Below the pieces are notes generated by a model that was not told the DNA's origin, searched no databases, and was given only the letters and a program-made list of their open reading frames with translations. Both the position numbers and the translations under genes were made by a program. From assembly GCA_049700215.1 (NCBI GenBank), contig JBNAVT010000006.1, forward strand, positions 1 through 64,000: a DNA stretch of 64,000 nt, written 5' to 3'. The stretch is from Thermoproteota archaeon. Its GTDB lineage: Archaea > Thermoproteota > EX4484-205 > JAAOZP01. Below are positions 9,348 to 20,139 of the stretch, one piece after another. Each line of letters begins with the position of its first letter. Positions within the stretch are counted from its first letter, which is position 1.

Positions 9348-10529
9348 CTACTCCGGGAGATAGTAGAGCACCGGGTCCCTCTCCTTAAGGAAGGGGAGAA
9401 CCTTCATCTTCACCGCCTTCATCTTTATGCGGGCGAACGCCGGGTCCTCGTCGTGCGTCATGAAGTAGGGCAGGTACTCCTCCTGCACCTCCCGGGATAT
9501 TTTCCAGTCTACCTCATCCGTCACCCCAACCATGTCCGTGTACCTTGCGAAGCACCTCCAGTATGCTTCAGCCCCGGCTAGGAGCAGCTGCCTCCTATCC
9601 ATTTCCGCGAACCTCATGTAGAGCTCCATCTGAGCAGCGTCAGCAGCCTCAGCGTAGGCGGAGAGCTCGTCGAGCTGCAGCGGTACAACAGTATCGTTCC
9701 TCCTAGTGTATGCCGCTGTCCTCGTGACAAGCCTGCTGTAGTCCCCTGGCTCAACGATCATCGTGCCAATGTCGTTGAAGATTGCTCTAGCCCCGCGGAT
9801 GGTCATCGCAACCCCGAGGGTTGAGCTTGGCAACTTAGCCTCCGTCGCAGACCAGGGGAGCCAGGGCCGCCTGCCATCGTAGAGATTCGTATACTCTGAG
9901 ATAACGAGTATCTCGTTCTCCCCGAATAGGTATGGCCCGTGGTTAACTATTTTCGCGCGGGCCTCACACTCGTCTATGAAAGCGTAAAGGTCTACGGCGC
10001 CTATTGCCCGCCGCGCCTTGACAACCTGGTTCTCGCTAATCGGCTGAAGGTTCTCCTTAACCCAGTTTAAAGCATCCTGGTTGAGCGCGAGGTTTACTCC
10101 GCCTGAGGCGGCGACAGTCGGCTTCCCAGTGTTGAAGTAGCTTGTCGCCAGGCGGTACCATTGTTCAAGCATCCATCTCCACTGCTCCCTTTTCTCAGGA
10201 GGCTCCCTGGAAGGGTCTCCCCCGTGCTTATTGTATATTGTTCCCATTCTTGCAAGGGAATAGTAGAGCCAGAGGTAGGATATTGAAAGAGCCTGTATGG
10301 GGGAGAGCAGGGTCTTGCTTCTAGCAGCCAGCTCCTCCGGGGTTATTCTGCTCCAAACCCTTTTCATAACGTCGTAGAGATGGTGGTAAGTCTGGTAGAA
10401 GCCGACGCAGATATACGCGTTAACCGGGAAAAGTTTTGACTCCAGAAGGGTCCTCTGGGTCACGATGTTCAGGAAAACATTGCTGAGATGGGCTATCTGC
10501 TCATTTATCTCAGACACCCGCATGGACAT
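9348..10529 (-). CDS. Hypothetical protein (393 aa) in the PEP-utilizer cluster
   Basis: Long ORF 1 nt from the next gene; no family recognised. Confidence 0.75.
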   Translation of the reverse strand: MSMRVSEINEQIAHLSNVFLNIVTQRTLLESKLFPVNAYICVGFYQTYHHLYDVMKRVWSRITPEELAARSKTLLSPIQALSISYLWLYYSLARMGTIYNKHGGDPSREPPEKREQWRWMLEQWYRLATSYFNTGKPTVAASGGVNLALNQDALNWVKENLQPISENQVVKARRAIGAVDLYAFIDECEARAKIVNHGPYLFGENEILVISEYTNLYDGRRPWLPWSATEAKLPSSTLGVAMTIRGARAIFNDIGTMIVEPGDYSRLVTRTAAYTRRNDTVVPLQLDELSAYAEAADAAQMELYMRFAEMDRRQLLLAGAEAYWRCFARYTDMVGVTDEVDWKISREVQEEYLPYFMTHDEDPAFARIKMKAVKMKVLPFLKERDPVLYYLPE

Positions 10530-10627
10530 GGGGGATGGTTGTAACTAGGCTAATAAGTTTTTAACGCAAGACATATAGAACCGTCTTGCTTTCCAAAACC
10601 CAGCTGCCTAAGGGAGGGGGACGGGGC

Positions 10628-10978
10628 TTGAAAATAGTGGGCCGCGGCCTGATCACGATAAAGACGAGGGCTGAGGGGGAGCTGCGCTACGTTAGAAACG
10701 TGAGGGACGTGCTGGCCCTATTGAAAGAGGGGGCTGCGGGCAAGATAGTTATGGTTGACGACGCTGGAGTGACTTTGCTCGGGCCAGTGCTTTCGAAGCT
10801 GGCTGGAGTAGTATGCTTATCCGGAAGCCTTGGTTCTCACCTTGCTATTGTTAGCCGCGAATTCTCCATCCCGGCGCTGATGGATACGAGACTGGAGACA
10901 GCTGAGCCGATCCATGGGCGGAGAGTGATAATCCAGCCGCAGGACGGGAGCAACGGACTCCTGCTGCTTGAAGAGTAG
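10628..10978 (+). CDS. Stand-alone PEP-utilizing mobile (phospho-His swivel) domain protein
   Basis: GSLGSHLAIVSREFSIPALM; TTG start at 10628 preferred over 10586. Confidence 0.82.
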   Translation: MKIVGRGLITIKTRAEGELRYVRNVRDVLALLKEGAAGKIVMVDDAGVTLLGPVLSKLAGVVCLSGSLGSHLAIVSREFSIPALMDTRLETAEPIHGRRVIIQPQDGSNGLLLLEE

Positions 10979-11011
10979 CTGGAACAGGCCCAAGGCTTAA
11001 AGCGCGCGCTA

Positions 11012-11470
11012 GGCCCTCTTGGTCGGCCTCTCAACTACTGCTTGAAGGATTGAAAGACGACAGGAAAAGGCTGTGGCTTTGGGCCATTAATCTGTCCAAC
11101 CATGAAGACCCTTTCACCCGGAGGTATGCTTCAAGAGTTCTCGCTGGCTATGGGAGGATGATAGAAACAGGGTGGCACAGATGCTGATGTCTCTTGCAGA
11201 TGACGAGCACTGCTTGTTCGTGAAGAGGCTCATGCCGCTTGGGGTGAACTTTTCAGGGAGCATTCCGGCAAGTTTTCCCGATTCTCCAGAAATGGAGTAA
11301 ACATTCCTCCCCGAACCTTAGAAGATGAGTTGCAATCGCGCTGCGGAGTGCCGGAAACCTTGGGAAAGAAGAATGGGCTGAGCCCCTTCTCAGCGATAAG
11401 AATAGTTATGTTAGAAAGAACCTTGGGCCTTACGCGATAGGCGATGGCTGCTTCGCTGCTATCCGGAAAT
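11012..11470 (+). pseudogene. Fragment of a HEAT-repeat / AlkD-like protein
   Basis: Manual translation across frameshifts: FPILQKWSKHSSPNLRR*VAIALR...PLLSDKNSYVRKNLGPYAIGDG; begins right after AGCGCGCGCTA. Confidence 0.55.
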
Positions 11471-11526
11471 ATGGAGCATTGAGGAGCGGGGAAAATGTTT
11501 AAAAAATTCTTGACTCAGGGTAGGTC

Positions 11527-12564
11527 ATGAGCGTTAGGAAGGCGCGAATCGGTTTCATAGGCTGCGGCAGCCACGCCTCATCCTCTCTCTACCCTGTTAT
11601 TCACGCTATTCCACAGTTTGAGCTTGCCGCTGTCTGCGACCTGAAGGAGGAGCTTGCGAGGAGGAATGCTAGAAGCTTCGGAGCCCTGCGCTGGTATACT
11701 GATGTCAGGGAGATGCTTAGGAGGGAGGAGCTGGACGGCGCCATAATCGTCGGCCCTCCACAGATGCACTGCGAGCTTGGGAAGCTCTGCCTCGACGCCG
11801 GCCTACCAATCCTCGTTGAGAAGCCTTCAGCGGTTTCCTACAAGGAGGCTGTTGAGCTCGCGCAGCATGCTGAGGACGCTGGACTATGGGGTGCCGTCGC
11901 CTATATGAAGCGTTACGCAGTGTGCTACCGGATGGCGAGGAAAATAGCGTTCAGCCAGGAGTTTGGGGGTATTCACTGTCTTGAGGCAAGGTTTTCAAAC
12001 GGTCCATACCCGGCGATCTGGGGCATAAAGGACCCTGCTAAAGCATTCCTAATAGGGCAGGTTGTCCATATTTTCAACCTGGCCAGGTTCTTCTGCGGGG
12101 AGATTAAGGGCGTCTACGCTAAGCTCCACCGTCTTAACCCGAGCATGTTTGCCTACGCTATCGCCGGCGAGTTTGAGAGCAGCATCCCATTCGTCATGAA
12201 CCTGAACTCTCTGGAGGCTGGAGACTGGAAGATAAGCGAGAGGCTCGCCCTCTCTGGAGACGGCTGCTGGCTTGAGGTTGAGGACATGCTTCGCCTTCAC
12301 TATCATCCCAGGAGCCTTCCTCTGCAGGAGTTTAAAGTAGGCGGCAGGACGCAGACGGTGAGCTGGAGCCCAGAGTGGACTGAGCTCATGGCGACTAAGG
12401 CTGAAGGCGCCTTCGGCTACAGGGGTGAGATCGAAGCCTTCGCGCGAGCCTGCCTGGGGGAGGAGAAGCCGGAGAGCACGCTCTGGGATGGCGCTAGGGA
12501 TCTTCAAGTATCCGAGGCAGTATGGGAGAGTGCAACCCAGGACAGGCCTGTGCTTATACAGTGA
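11527..12564 (+). CDS. Gfo/Idh/MocA family oxidoreductase
   Basis: IGFIGCG Rossmann motif and LVEKP. Confidence 0.9.
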   Translation: MSVRKARIGFIGCGSHASSSLYPVIHAIPQFELAAVCDLKEELARRNARSFGALRWYTDVREMLRREELDGAIIVGPPQMHCELGKLCLDAGLPILVEKPSAVSYKEAVELAQHAEDAGLWGAVAYMKRYAVCYRMARKIAFSQEFGGIHCLEARFSNGPYPAIWGIKDPAKAFLIGQVVHIFNLARFFCGEIKGVYAKLHRLNPSMFAYAIAGEFESSIPFVMNLNSLEAGDWKISERLALSGDGCWLEVEDMLRLHYHPRSLPLQEFKVGGRTQTVSWSPEWTELMATKAEGAFGYRGEIEAFARACLGEEKPESTLWDGARDLQVSEAVWESATQDRPVLIQ

Positions 12565-12578
12565 GGAGGCTGGCGGGG

Positions 12579-13463
12579 ATGCTTAAAATAGGCATAGTCG
12601 GCGGCGCCAAGCATTGGCACACCAGGAGCTTCTCCGAGATGTTGAACGGTTATGACGAGGACTTGGCGAGGAGCAACGGTTTCCCGCTTTACAGGACTAG
12701 GCTTGACGGAGCAAGGGTGACGCACATCTGGGATCCTGAGAGGGAGCAGGCGGAGCTGGTTGCGAAAACATGCCGCATAGATAATGTTCTTCAAAACATG
12801 GAGGAAATGATCGGCAGTGTGGACGGGGTTATAGTTGCGGATGACACTACGATGCAGCATCAGAAAAGAGCCTTCCCTTTTCTTAATGCTGGCATGCCGA
12901 CCTTCGTCGACAAGCCTCTCTCACCCTCGATCGAGGAGGCTCAGCTGATTGTGGAGACTGCGAGGAAGCATAATGCTCCCTTCATGTCTTGCTCCGCCCT
13001 CCGCTACGCCAGGGAGGTTGAGGAGTTTCTCGCTGAAAAAGAGAGTCTTGGAGAAATACTCGCCGGCAGCAGTGTCTGCAGCGGGGACCTTGTTTTCTAT
13101 GGTGTCCACGCCCTGGAGCAGCTTTACGTCTGCGTGGGGGGAGGCGTGGAAAGCGTGCGGAACGTTGGCGAAGAAGGAAGGGACATCGTGGTCGTAACTA
13201 TGAGAGACGGGAGGAGGTTCGTGTTAACAGTCTACAGGGATATTCACTACCTTTTCCACATGAGCCTCTACGGGACAAGGGGGTGGAGGGAGGTTAGGGT
13301 TGAGGACAGCGACTACTTCTACTCCAACATGCTCCGCGCATTCCTGAGAATGGTTGAAACCAAGCAGCCACCGTTCCCGCCTGAGGAGACGCTGGAGATA
13401 ATCAGGACGCTTATTCTAGCAAGACGCTCCGCGCAGAATGGAGGAGTCATTCTCCATCCCTAA
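12579..13463 (+). CDS. Gfo/Idh/MocA family oxidoreductase
   Basis: MLKIGIVGG, FVDKPLS, SCSALRY, FYGVHALE; ATG at 12579 after GAGGAGG. Confidence 0.88.
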   Translation: MLKIGIVGGAKHWHTRSFSEMLNGYDEDLARSNGFPLYRTRLDGARVTHIWDPEREQAELVAKTCRIDNVLQNMEEMIGSVDGVIVADDTTMQHQKRAFPFLNAGMPTFVDKPLSPSIEEAQLIVETARKHNAPFMSCSALRYAREVEEFLAEKESLGEILAGSSVCSGDLVFYGVHALEQLYVCVGGGVESVRNVGEEGRDIVVVTMRDGRRFVLTVYRDIHYLFHMSLYGTRGWREVRVEDSDYFYSNMLRAFLRMVETKQPPFPPEETLEIIRTLILARRSAQNGGVILHP

Positions 13464-13876
13464 TTTAATGGGCTTGCGGAATTTAGATCGTTAAAATTGC
13501 ATTCCCGGGAGTAGATTCACATTCCTTGTAAAGTTGAAGATGAGTTTTTTAACCCAAGTATTCATGAAATTCTAGAAAACCATTATACGAGGAAGCCTTC
13601 GCGTGCAGAGGGAAAAATACTTCTATGCACCATTTCCTTCGTGATGAGTCCCTAAATGCTGAAGAAAATGTTGTTCAGACCTTAACCAAGCTACTATTTT
13701 TAGCATAGCGTGGCTTAAGGGTTATGCTTTAAAGGGTTTGGCTACATTTTTATGTGGCGAACCCTCAGCTTAAGAAGCGGCTCGTAGGTTCCTTATAATA
13801 CTCGAGCGCAGCTTTTCATCCCCATGTTTTTGTTGCGTCACATTCCTTTCCAACAAGCGCATACTCAGAGGATTTT

Positions 13877-14950
13877 TCAGACTGTTTGAACTGATGATGC
13901 TTTAAATGCCAAGTAGACTTTCAAGCCTATATTGAGTTGCATTTCATTGAATGATCGTTTAGTTATTTGAACTATGAAGTTTTTGTTTTCTGCAACCTTT
14001 ACCTTTAGCTTTACCACATGCCCTATTTCGGATATTTGAACTATTTTGCCTTCGAAGGTGTTTCTCGCGCTTGAGATGAGTGGGTGAGTTGATAAGATGA
14101 TGTCTTCAGGAGGCACATGCAACGTTACATCCCCAGCTTTCTTAAACGCAGCTTCCACCCGTAAGCCGCTTCCGATGTCCACAATAGATGTGCCTTCCGC
14201 TGTGATTTTTGAAACACCGTGGAAAACGTTCTCCAGCTCGGCGAAGCTTTTAATGGATCTCGACGATTTTTCGAAAAGCTCTTGAAAGGTGCCTGTCAGC
14301 TCTATTTTCCCCTCATTAAGAAAAGCCAGTCTATGTGCTAGATTTTCTGCTTGAAACATGTTATGGGTCGTCATAATTATTGTGGTTTTCCTTTCCCTAT
14401 TAACGTAGGAGAGAGCTCCCTCAACTATGGAGACATTTCTCGGATCGAGGTTTGCGGTGGGTTCGTCAAGAAGTAGCAGTTCAGGCCCTGTCACTAACGC
14501 TTGGGCTATGGCTACTCGCTGGGCTTCCCCGCCAGACAAAGCCAAAGCATTTTTGCGTTCAAACCCGTTCAGCTGAACTAATTCAAGCGTCTCTTTCACC
14601 TTTTGCTTAATATCGCGTTCGTTTTCACCCTTAACTTTCAATGGATAAGCCACGTTATCAAAGACGCTCATGTTGAAGAGAACTGTCTGCTGGAAAACCA
14701 TCCCTATTTTTCTGCGCAAAGCAACCCTGTCCTTCTTTGAAGAATAATCTACGATTTGCCCGTCGAACAATACTCTGCCACTTGTGGGTTCCTCAAGCAG
14801 ATCAATAATCCGTAAGAGCGTGGTTTTTCCAGCTCCATTGGGGCCTACAAGAACAAAAAGCTCTCCATTTTTAACGCTAAGGTTCACGCCCTTTAAAACT
14901 TGTCTCCCGGAGTATTCCTTACAGAGGTTTTGCACTTCTAAGGTGGGCAA
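13877..14950 (-). CDS. tupC: Tungstate ABC transporter ATP-binding protein with TOBE domain
   Basis: GPNGAGKTT, LSGGEAQR, LLLDEPT; C-terminal TOBE; operon context. Confidence 0.85.
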   Translation of the reverse strand: MPTLEVQNLCKEYSGRQVLKGVNLSVKNGELFVLVGPNGAGKTTLLRIIDLLEEPTSGRVLFDGQIVDYSSKKDRVALRRKIGMVFQQTVLFNMSVFDNVAYPLKVKGENERDIKQKVKETLELVQLNGFERKNALALSGGEAQRVAIAQALVTGPELLLLDEPTANLDPRNVSIVEGALSYVNRERKTTIIMTTHNMFQAENLAHRLAFLNEGKIELTGTFQELFEKSSRSIKSFAELENVFHGVSKITAEGTSIVDIGSGLRVEAAFKKAGDVTLHVPPEDIILSTHPLISSARNTFEGKIVQISEIGHVVKLKVKVAENKNFIVQITKRSFNEMQLNIGLKVYLAFKASSVQTV

Positions 14951-15637
14951 TTATCTCCTCGCCCCCTTAAATTGAACAATAGTTAACGCCAGATTTATCG
15001 CAAAAGCTATGAAAAGTAAAATGGCACCGAGAGTAAGCGCCATGGTAAAGTTGCCTAACTCTGTTTCAACAACTATGGCTGTTGTCAATGTCCGCGTCCA
15101 CCATCTAATGTTGCCCCCAGTAATCATTATGCCACCGACCTCAGATATCGCAGCGCCGAAGGCCACAATGATCGAGGTTAAAACGCCCATGCGGGCTTCC
15201 CTCAACACTAGCCATGCTGCTTGGGTTTCAGTCGCGCCAAGCGACAGTGCTCTTTCCCGGATTGATTCTTCAACGCTTCCCACAGCAGACATAGTCACGC
15301 CGATGATTATGGGAACAACCATTATCAGCTGCGTTATTATCATGGCTGTAGGCGTATACAATAGTGCTAACCAGCCGAGAGGACCAGACGCGGTCAACAG
15401 CAGGTAAACTACGAGACCCACAACGACGGGTGGCAAACCCATAAAAGTGTTTATTACGCTTTTCAGCATGACATCCATAAAGCGTATAAGCGTTCTCTTC
15501 CCTCTGAACCGCCTAAAACCCAGAAACGTTCCAACAGGTATGCCTATCGAAGCGCCAATTAAGACAGCTGTCCCTGAAACTCTCAGAGAGAGTAACGTTA
15601 TGCCCAAGACCTCCTCCCAAAAACTGTTTTCAATCAC
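14951..15637 (-). CDS. tupB: Tungstate ABC transporter permease
   Basis: TFMGLPPVVVGL, FGAAISEVG, GGNIRWWTRTLTTAI. Confidence 0.92.
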   Translation of the reverse strand: MIENSFWEEVLGITLLSLRVSGTAVLIGASIGIPVGTFLGFRRFRGKRTLIRFMDVMLKSVINTFMGLPPVVVGLVVYLLLTASGPLGWLALLYTPTAMIITQLIMVVPIIIGVTMSAVGSVEESIRERALSLGATETQAAWLVLREARMGVLTSIIVAFGAAISEVGGIMITGGNIRWWTRTLTTAIVVETELGNFTMALTLGAILLFIAFAINLALTIVQFKGARR

Positions 15638-15683
15638 CTGTTCTCACCCGCCGTAACCGTCAAGCTTCAAAAAGACCGTGTTT

Positions 15684-16622
15684 CTAGGGGTTTTGGGCAT
15701 CATACCACGCGATTTCCTCCTCTTGATCCTGAAATCCTAATTCACGGGCTTTATTAAAGTCTCGGGCTATGGGTTTGAACAGGGTTTCGCCTTCTTTTTT
15801 GAAGTTTGCTATAAGGCTTTGCCCTTCCTCTGAAATCATCCATTTGGTCAGCATAAGTGCTCCCTTATAGTTTCTTTGAGGATACTTTTCTGGGTTAACG
15901 AGGATTACAGCATATGGATTCAGTAGGATCACGTCGCCTTCAACCAGAGCCTTCAAGCTTTTCAATTGGTTTTTGAAGGATAGCCATGTAGCCCTATCTG
16001 TAAGCGTGTAAGCCTTTTTCTCGTTGGCCATGCGCAGCACTGCGCCCATCCCAGCTCCAGCCTCTATGTACCATGCTTGAGTCTTGTTGGAAGACTGTAT
16101 TCCAAGTTTTTCCCATATGCTTAGCTCCAGCATGTTTGTGCCAGACTTGTCCGCACGCGAAATAAACACCGTGTTACCTTTGGCACCCTCTTCTGCAATC
16201 CTGTGGAAGGCTTCTGTAGCGTTGCCTAAACTGTTTATTCCAGCAGGATCTTCCGTTGGGCCGATTATCAGGAAGTCGTTATACATTACGCCTACTCTAT
16301 GAACACCGTAAGTGCTGTTTACGAACTCAAGCTCAAGCTGCCTTGAATGCACGAGGACAAGGTCCGCATCTCCTCTCTTGGCGGTTTCTATGGCTTGGCC
16401 GGTGCCAACCGAAACTATGTGGACCTCAACGTTATATTTTTCCTGAAAGATCGGCATTAAATAGTCCAGCAATCCGGAATCGTAGGTGCTTGTGGTCGTC
16501 GCCAACACGATGATCAGCTTTCGAGCGCTCACATAGCGTTCGTAGGCGAACGCGCCGGCAACAGCTGCCACAAGCATGAGGATGGTAATCATGACTTTCA
16601 ACGACCTCGTTCTCAAATCCAA
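15684..16622 (-). CDS. tupA: Tungstate ABC transporter substrate-binding protein
   Basis: TupA signature ATTTSTYDSGLL, plus GTGQAI and SRADKSGT. Confidence 0.93.
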   Translation of the reverse strand: MDLRTRSLKVMITILMLVAAVAGAFAYERYVSARKLIIVLATTTSTYDSGLLDYLMPIFQEKYNVEVHIVSVGTGQAIETAKRGDADLVLVHSRQLELEFVNSTYGVHRVGVMYNDFLIIGPTEDPAGINSLGNATEAFHRIAEEGAKGNTVFISRADKSGTNMLELSIWEKLGIQSSNKTQAWYIEAGAGMGAVLRMANEKKAYTLTDRATWLSFKNQLKSLKALVEGDVILLNPYAVILVNPEKYPQRNYKGALMLTKWMISEEGQSLIANFKKEGETLFKPIARDFNKARELGFQDQEEEIAWYDAQNP

Positions 16623-16970
16623 TGTTATAGTGGGAGAGACCTCCTAATATAAATTGAGTGTTCAAACCCGGAAGCGAAATGGCTACCGATGCGGAAACTT
16701 GAAATTTCAGCAACTTGCCAAAAACCGCTTAACCCAGCTTTCTCAGGCAAGTGGCGCCGGAGGCTAGGTTTACACCCCCGTTTGAACCCTTAATCTGTAG
16801 AGAGATTTAAAAGACCTGTAATCCTTAGCGATCTGAAGCGTAGAAGTATTAAAAACCCGGCCCTTTCTAAAAACAGCCAAAACAACCCAATCCATCATTA
16901 ACTACCGGTTCCTAAATTGCAATTACGGCATATTTATTTTGCGCTGTCGCATCCAAATGCCCCCCATACC

Positions 16971-19391
16971 TTAAAGCTGGAGTCTTTTGAAAACCAGATA
17001 CTTGAAGGGGTCTATGATTCCGAGGGTGAATAAAGCTGAAAAGACTAGAGCAAAGAGAACATAATGCGGGGGAAGCGACGGGATGATTATGCCGTATATG
17101 CCTAATAATGTGAATCCAACAAGAGTGGCAATAATGGAGATGATAAGGCCTTTACCTGGTTTTGAAGACCAGAAACGCCTTCTTTCCCTAACGATGTATA
17201 CCCTAAATTGGCTGCAAAAGACAAGTGTTAACATTATAAATGTCTGGAGTTTTCCCCATTCAAGATGGAGGTAGATCCGACCTATTGCAAGCGCGACAAC
17301 GCCTTCAACGGACATTAACAAACCGATTACGAGAGACGCTAAAGCAATATTCTTGACGTTCCACTTGTTCGGGTTGCTTGTATGCTTCACGTTATCAGTG
17401 GCTAGTGACATTGTTGCAAAATCATTTGCGAAGATAAGAAGAGTCATGCCTAAGAGGCTAAGGATAATGTCGTGTAACCAGAAAAAGCCCACGACCAGTA
17501 AACCAACAAACTGTATTGTTTTAGTAACCTTGTTTACGACCCATGTTAACATCCGCTGATATATTTGCCTACTAATCCTTATTGCGCTTACCATTACATT
17601 TACACCTTCCTCGGTCAAAACTACGCTGGCAGACGCTTTCGCAACATCGGTTGAATTGCTCACGGCGATTCCCATCTCCGCTTGTTTAAGAGCGGGTGCG
17701 TCATTAACGCCGTCGCCAGTCATCCCCACCACATGCCCTTTAGACTGCAAAAGTTTCACAATCTCATACTTGTCCTCGGGATACACCTCAGCAAAACCAT
17801 CATAGGTCTCAACAACTTTAGCTTTTTCTACTTCGTTTAATGCCTTAAGTTCCGCTATGGGAATAATTCTCTCACCAATAGATGCTTGACGAGCTATTTC
17901 TTTAGCAATGCTAATATTATCGCCTGTAAGCATCATGGGCTTTATTCCAAGCCCTTTAATCTTCTCTATCACGGCTTTTGAGTCTGGTCTTATGGGATCA
18001 GCTAAAGCCAAAAGCCCCACAAGCTGGAGGTTGTTGAAATCCTCGTTTTCAGATTTAGCAACAGCCAAGGTTCTATATCCTTTTTGTGATAACTTGTCTA
18101 GCATTATGTTTGCTTCCTGACAGACGACATCAGCGTTTTTACATAAGTTCAAAATTGTTTGCGGCGCACCTTTTACAGCCTTAAAGCGCTTTCCATTGCC
18201 CTCAACTATGGATTCTGATCTTTTAATGGATGGATTGAACGGGGTGAAGGAAACTCGCTTATACGAGTCTAAATTAACCCCTAAAGATTTTGCATAACCT
18301 ATGACTGTTAAATCTATTATGTCTTTGCTTTCCCCTTCAGAAGCCAATGCAGCTGTCAACGCAACGTCTTCCTTCCCATATGGGGAGAATGGAATTACTT
18401 CGACAACCGATAACTTATTTTGAGTTATCGTGCCAGTTTTATCCAGACAGAGTACATCTATGGAAGCCGCGTCTTCAATTGAGTCAAGCCTTGTCACGAG
18501 GACTCCTTCTTTCGCGAGCTCCATAGCACCAACAGCTTGAACTATGGCGAGCACCGCTGGCAGCGCAACTGGAACAGCCCCCATAAGGAAAATAACAGTA
18601 AACGTCAATATTGACAAAATCCCCATATTCAGCAGCATGGCGTAAGCCGAAGTCAATATTAATGCTACCAAGCCGAAATACATCATATATTTGGTTATGG
18701 CCATCATTATTTCTTCTTGATGAGATTTCGGTTTAGCTTTCTTAACCAACTCGGCTGTTCGTCCAAAATACGTGTTCACTCCAGTGTTAACCACAACGCA
18801 CTTGGCCTCCCCCTGCGTAACAATTGAGCTTGAATAAACAATGTCTGATGAGCGCAAATTTACCGGTAAAGATTCTCCTGTTAAGGCTGACTGGTCAACG
18901 GAAATCTCTCCGCTAATTACCTTGGCATCTGCAGGTACCAAGTCACCTAGGCCTACGAGTATGATGTCTCCTGGGACAATCTCCCTAGCATCTTTAACCG
19001 CCCATTTTCCTTCACGCAAAGCCTTCGCCTTTACAGCAAGCCTCTTCTTCAAAAAATTAAGCACTTTTTGCGAGCGACTTGAATGCATAAAGCCTATAAC
19101 AACGTTTATGGTAAGTAAAACGAAAATTATGACAGCCTCGATGTAGTGCCCCAGCACGCATGAAAGCAGAATCGCTAGCTCCAGCAGCCAAGGCATAGGC
19201 CCCCAATAACGTGAGAAAAACTCAACCAGGGGATTTTTCTTTTCTTCTATTATCTCGTTGTATCCGAACTTTTCTATCCGGTTTTTTGCTTCAGACTCTG
19301 TAAGTCCAAGCATAGATGTCTCTAGCATCCTAAACGTTTCTTCTATAGAGAGCTGCTTAAATTCGGCTGTACTCTTTATCTTTGCAAACAT
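16971..19391 (-). CDS. P-type IIIA plasma-membrane proton-efflux ATPase
   Basis: DQSALTGES, AVPVALPA, CLDKTGTIT, KGAP, TGDGVNDAPALK, FANDF in TM6; ATG at 19391 preferred. Confidence 0.92.
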   Translation of the reverse strand: MFAKIKSTAEFKQLSIEETFRMLETSMLGLTESEAKNRIEKFGYNEIIEEKKNPLVEFFSRYWGPMPWLLELAILLSCVLGHYIEAVIIFVLLTINVVIGFMHSSRSQKVLNFLKKRLAVKAKALREGKWAVKDAREIVPGDIILVGLGDLVPADAKVISGEISVDQSALTGESLPVNLRSSDIVYSSSIVTQGEAKCVVVNTGVNTYFGRTAELVKKAKPKSHQEEIMMAITKYMMYFGLVALILTSAYAMLLNMGILSILTFTVIFLMGAVPVALPAVLAIVQAVGAMELAKEGVLVTRLDSIEDAASIDVLCLDKTGTITQNKLSVVEVIPFSPYGKEDVALTAALASEGESKDIIDLTVIGYAKSLGVNLDSYKRVSFTPFNPSIKRSESIVEGNGKRFKAVKGAPQTILNLCKNADVVCQEANIMLDKLSQKGYRTLAVAKSENEDFNNLQLVGLLALADPIRPDSKAVIEKIKGLGIKPMMLTGDNISIAKEIARQASIGERIIPIAELKALNEVEKAKVVETYDGFAEVYPEDKYEIVKLLQSKGHVVGMTGDGVNDAPALKQAEMGIAVSNSTDVAKASASVVLTEEGVNVMVSAIRISRQIYQRMLTWVVNKVTKTIQFVGLLVVGFFWLHDIILSLLGMTLLIFANDFATMSLATDNVKHTSNPNKWNVKNIALASLVIGLLMSVEGVVALAIGRIYLHLEWGKLQTFIMLTLVFCSQFRVYIVRERRRFWSSKPGKGLIISIIATLVGFTLLGIYGIIIPSLPPHYVLFALVFSALFTLGIIDPFKYLVFKRLQL

Positions 19392-19680
19392 ATTTCTTGA
19401 AACCAGTAAGCTATATAGTACCGTTATATAAGTATAGTTTTTACAAGAGAGCACGCGCTATCTGTTTTCGGTCCTTATACAGAAGTACTCGGTGCAACAA
19501 CATATTGCAAGCATAGGCGAGTTTTTAAGGATATGCTGCGAGGCTTATCAATGATATTGCAGCAGGCTATCTGGAGTCGAGTAAAGGATATTGACCCTTG
19601 ACTTTTACAGGCTATGTGCTTAACTTGTTGGCAGTTCCTTTGCTTGCTTTTTCTAGACGATGGCAGCTAGTCACACTCTT

Positions 19681-19953
19681 GATATTCTTAGAATAGGCAA
19701 CAAGTTTGAGTCTTGGATGTAGAAGCTTATCCGTTTGAGGGGGGAGACGTTTGTTGATGTTGGAGCGCGTGTTGGAAAGTATTCTGTTCAGGTTGCCAAA
19801 AGTTTTCACGCTTCACTGTCGTGGCCGTCGAAACATGCCCCGTAACCTTCGAGGTTCTACACAAGAACGCGGTCTTGAATAGGCTAGAGAGTGTTAGATC
19901 GCGTAATCTTGCTGCGTGGAACTGTGGAGGCCATGTCAGGTTCTATGTTGGAG
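19681..19953 (+). pseudogene. FkbM family methyltransferase fragment
   Basis: FESWM*KLIRLRGETFVDVGARVGKYS, frameshift, then VVAVETCPVTFEVLHKNAVLN...NLAAWN; truncated at AGCGCGCGCTA (19954). Confidence 0.7.
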
Positions 19954-20139
19954 AGCGCGCGCTAATACTTAGGATATGGAATATACGTTGGAAGGAAATG
20001 ATTGGCCAGTATCTTAATATTTAAGGTTGGGAAAATATTTCAAGGGTTCCTGGAAAATGCTTTAAGAGGGGCGATAAAGCACCTAAAAGGAGAAAATAGC
20101 AAAGATGATCCGAATTCCTCTTTCCCTAGGAATACGGAG

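Noticed and set aside
16751-16790. GTGGCGCCGG...TTTGAACCC as an att-site copy of the tRNA-Ser 3' end
   Set aside because: The match is short and gapped, and there is no integrase nearby.
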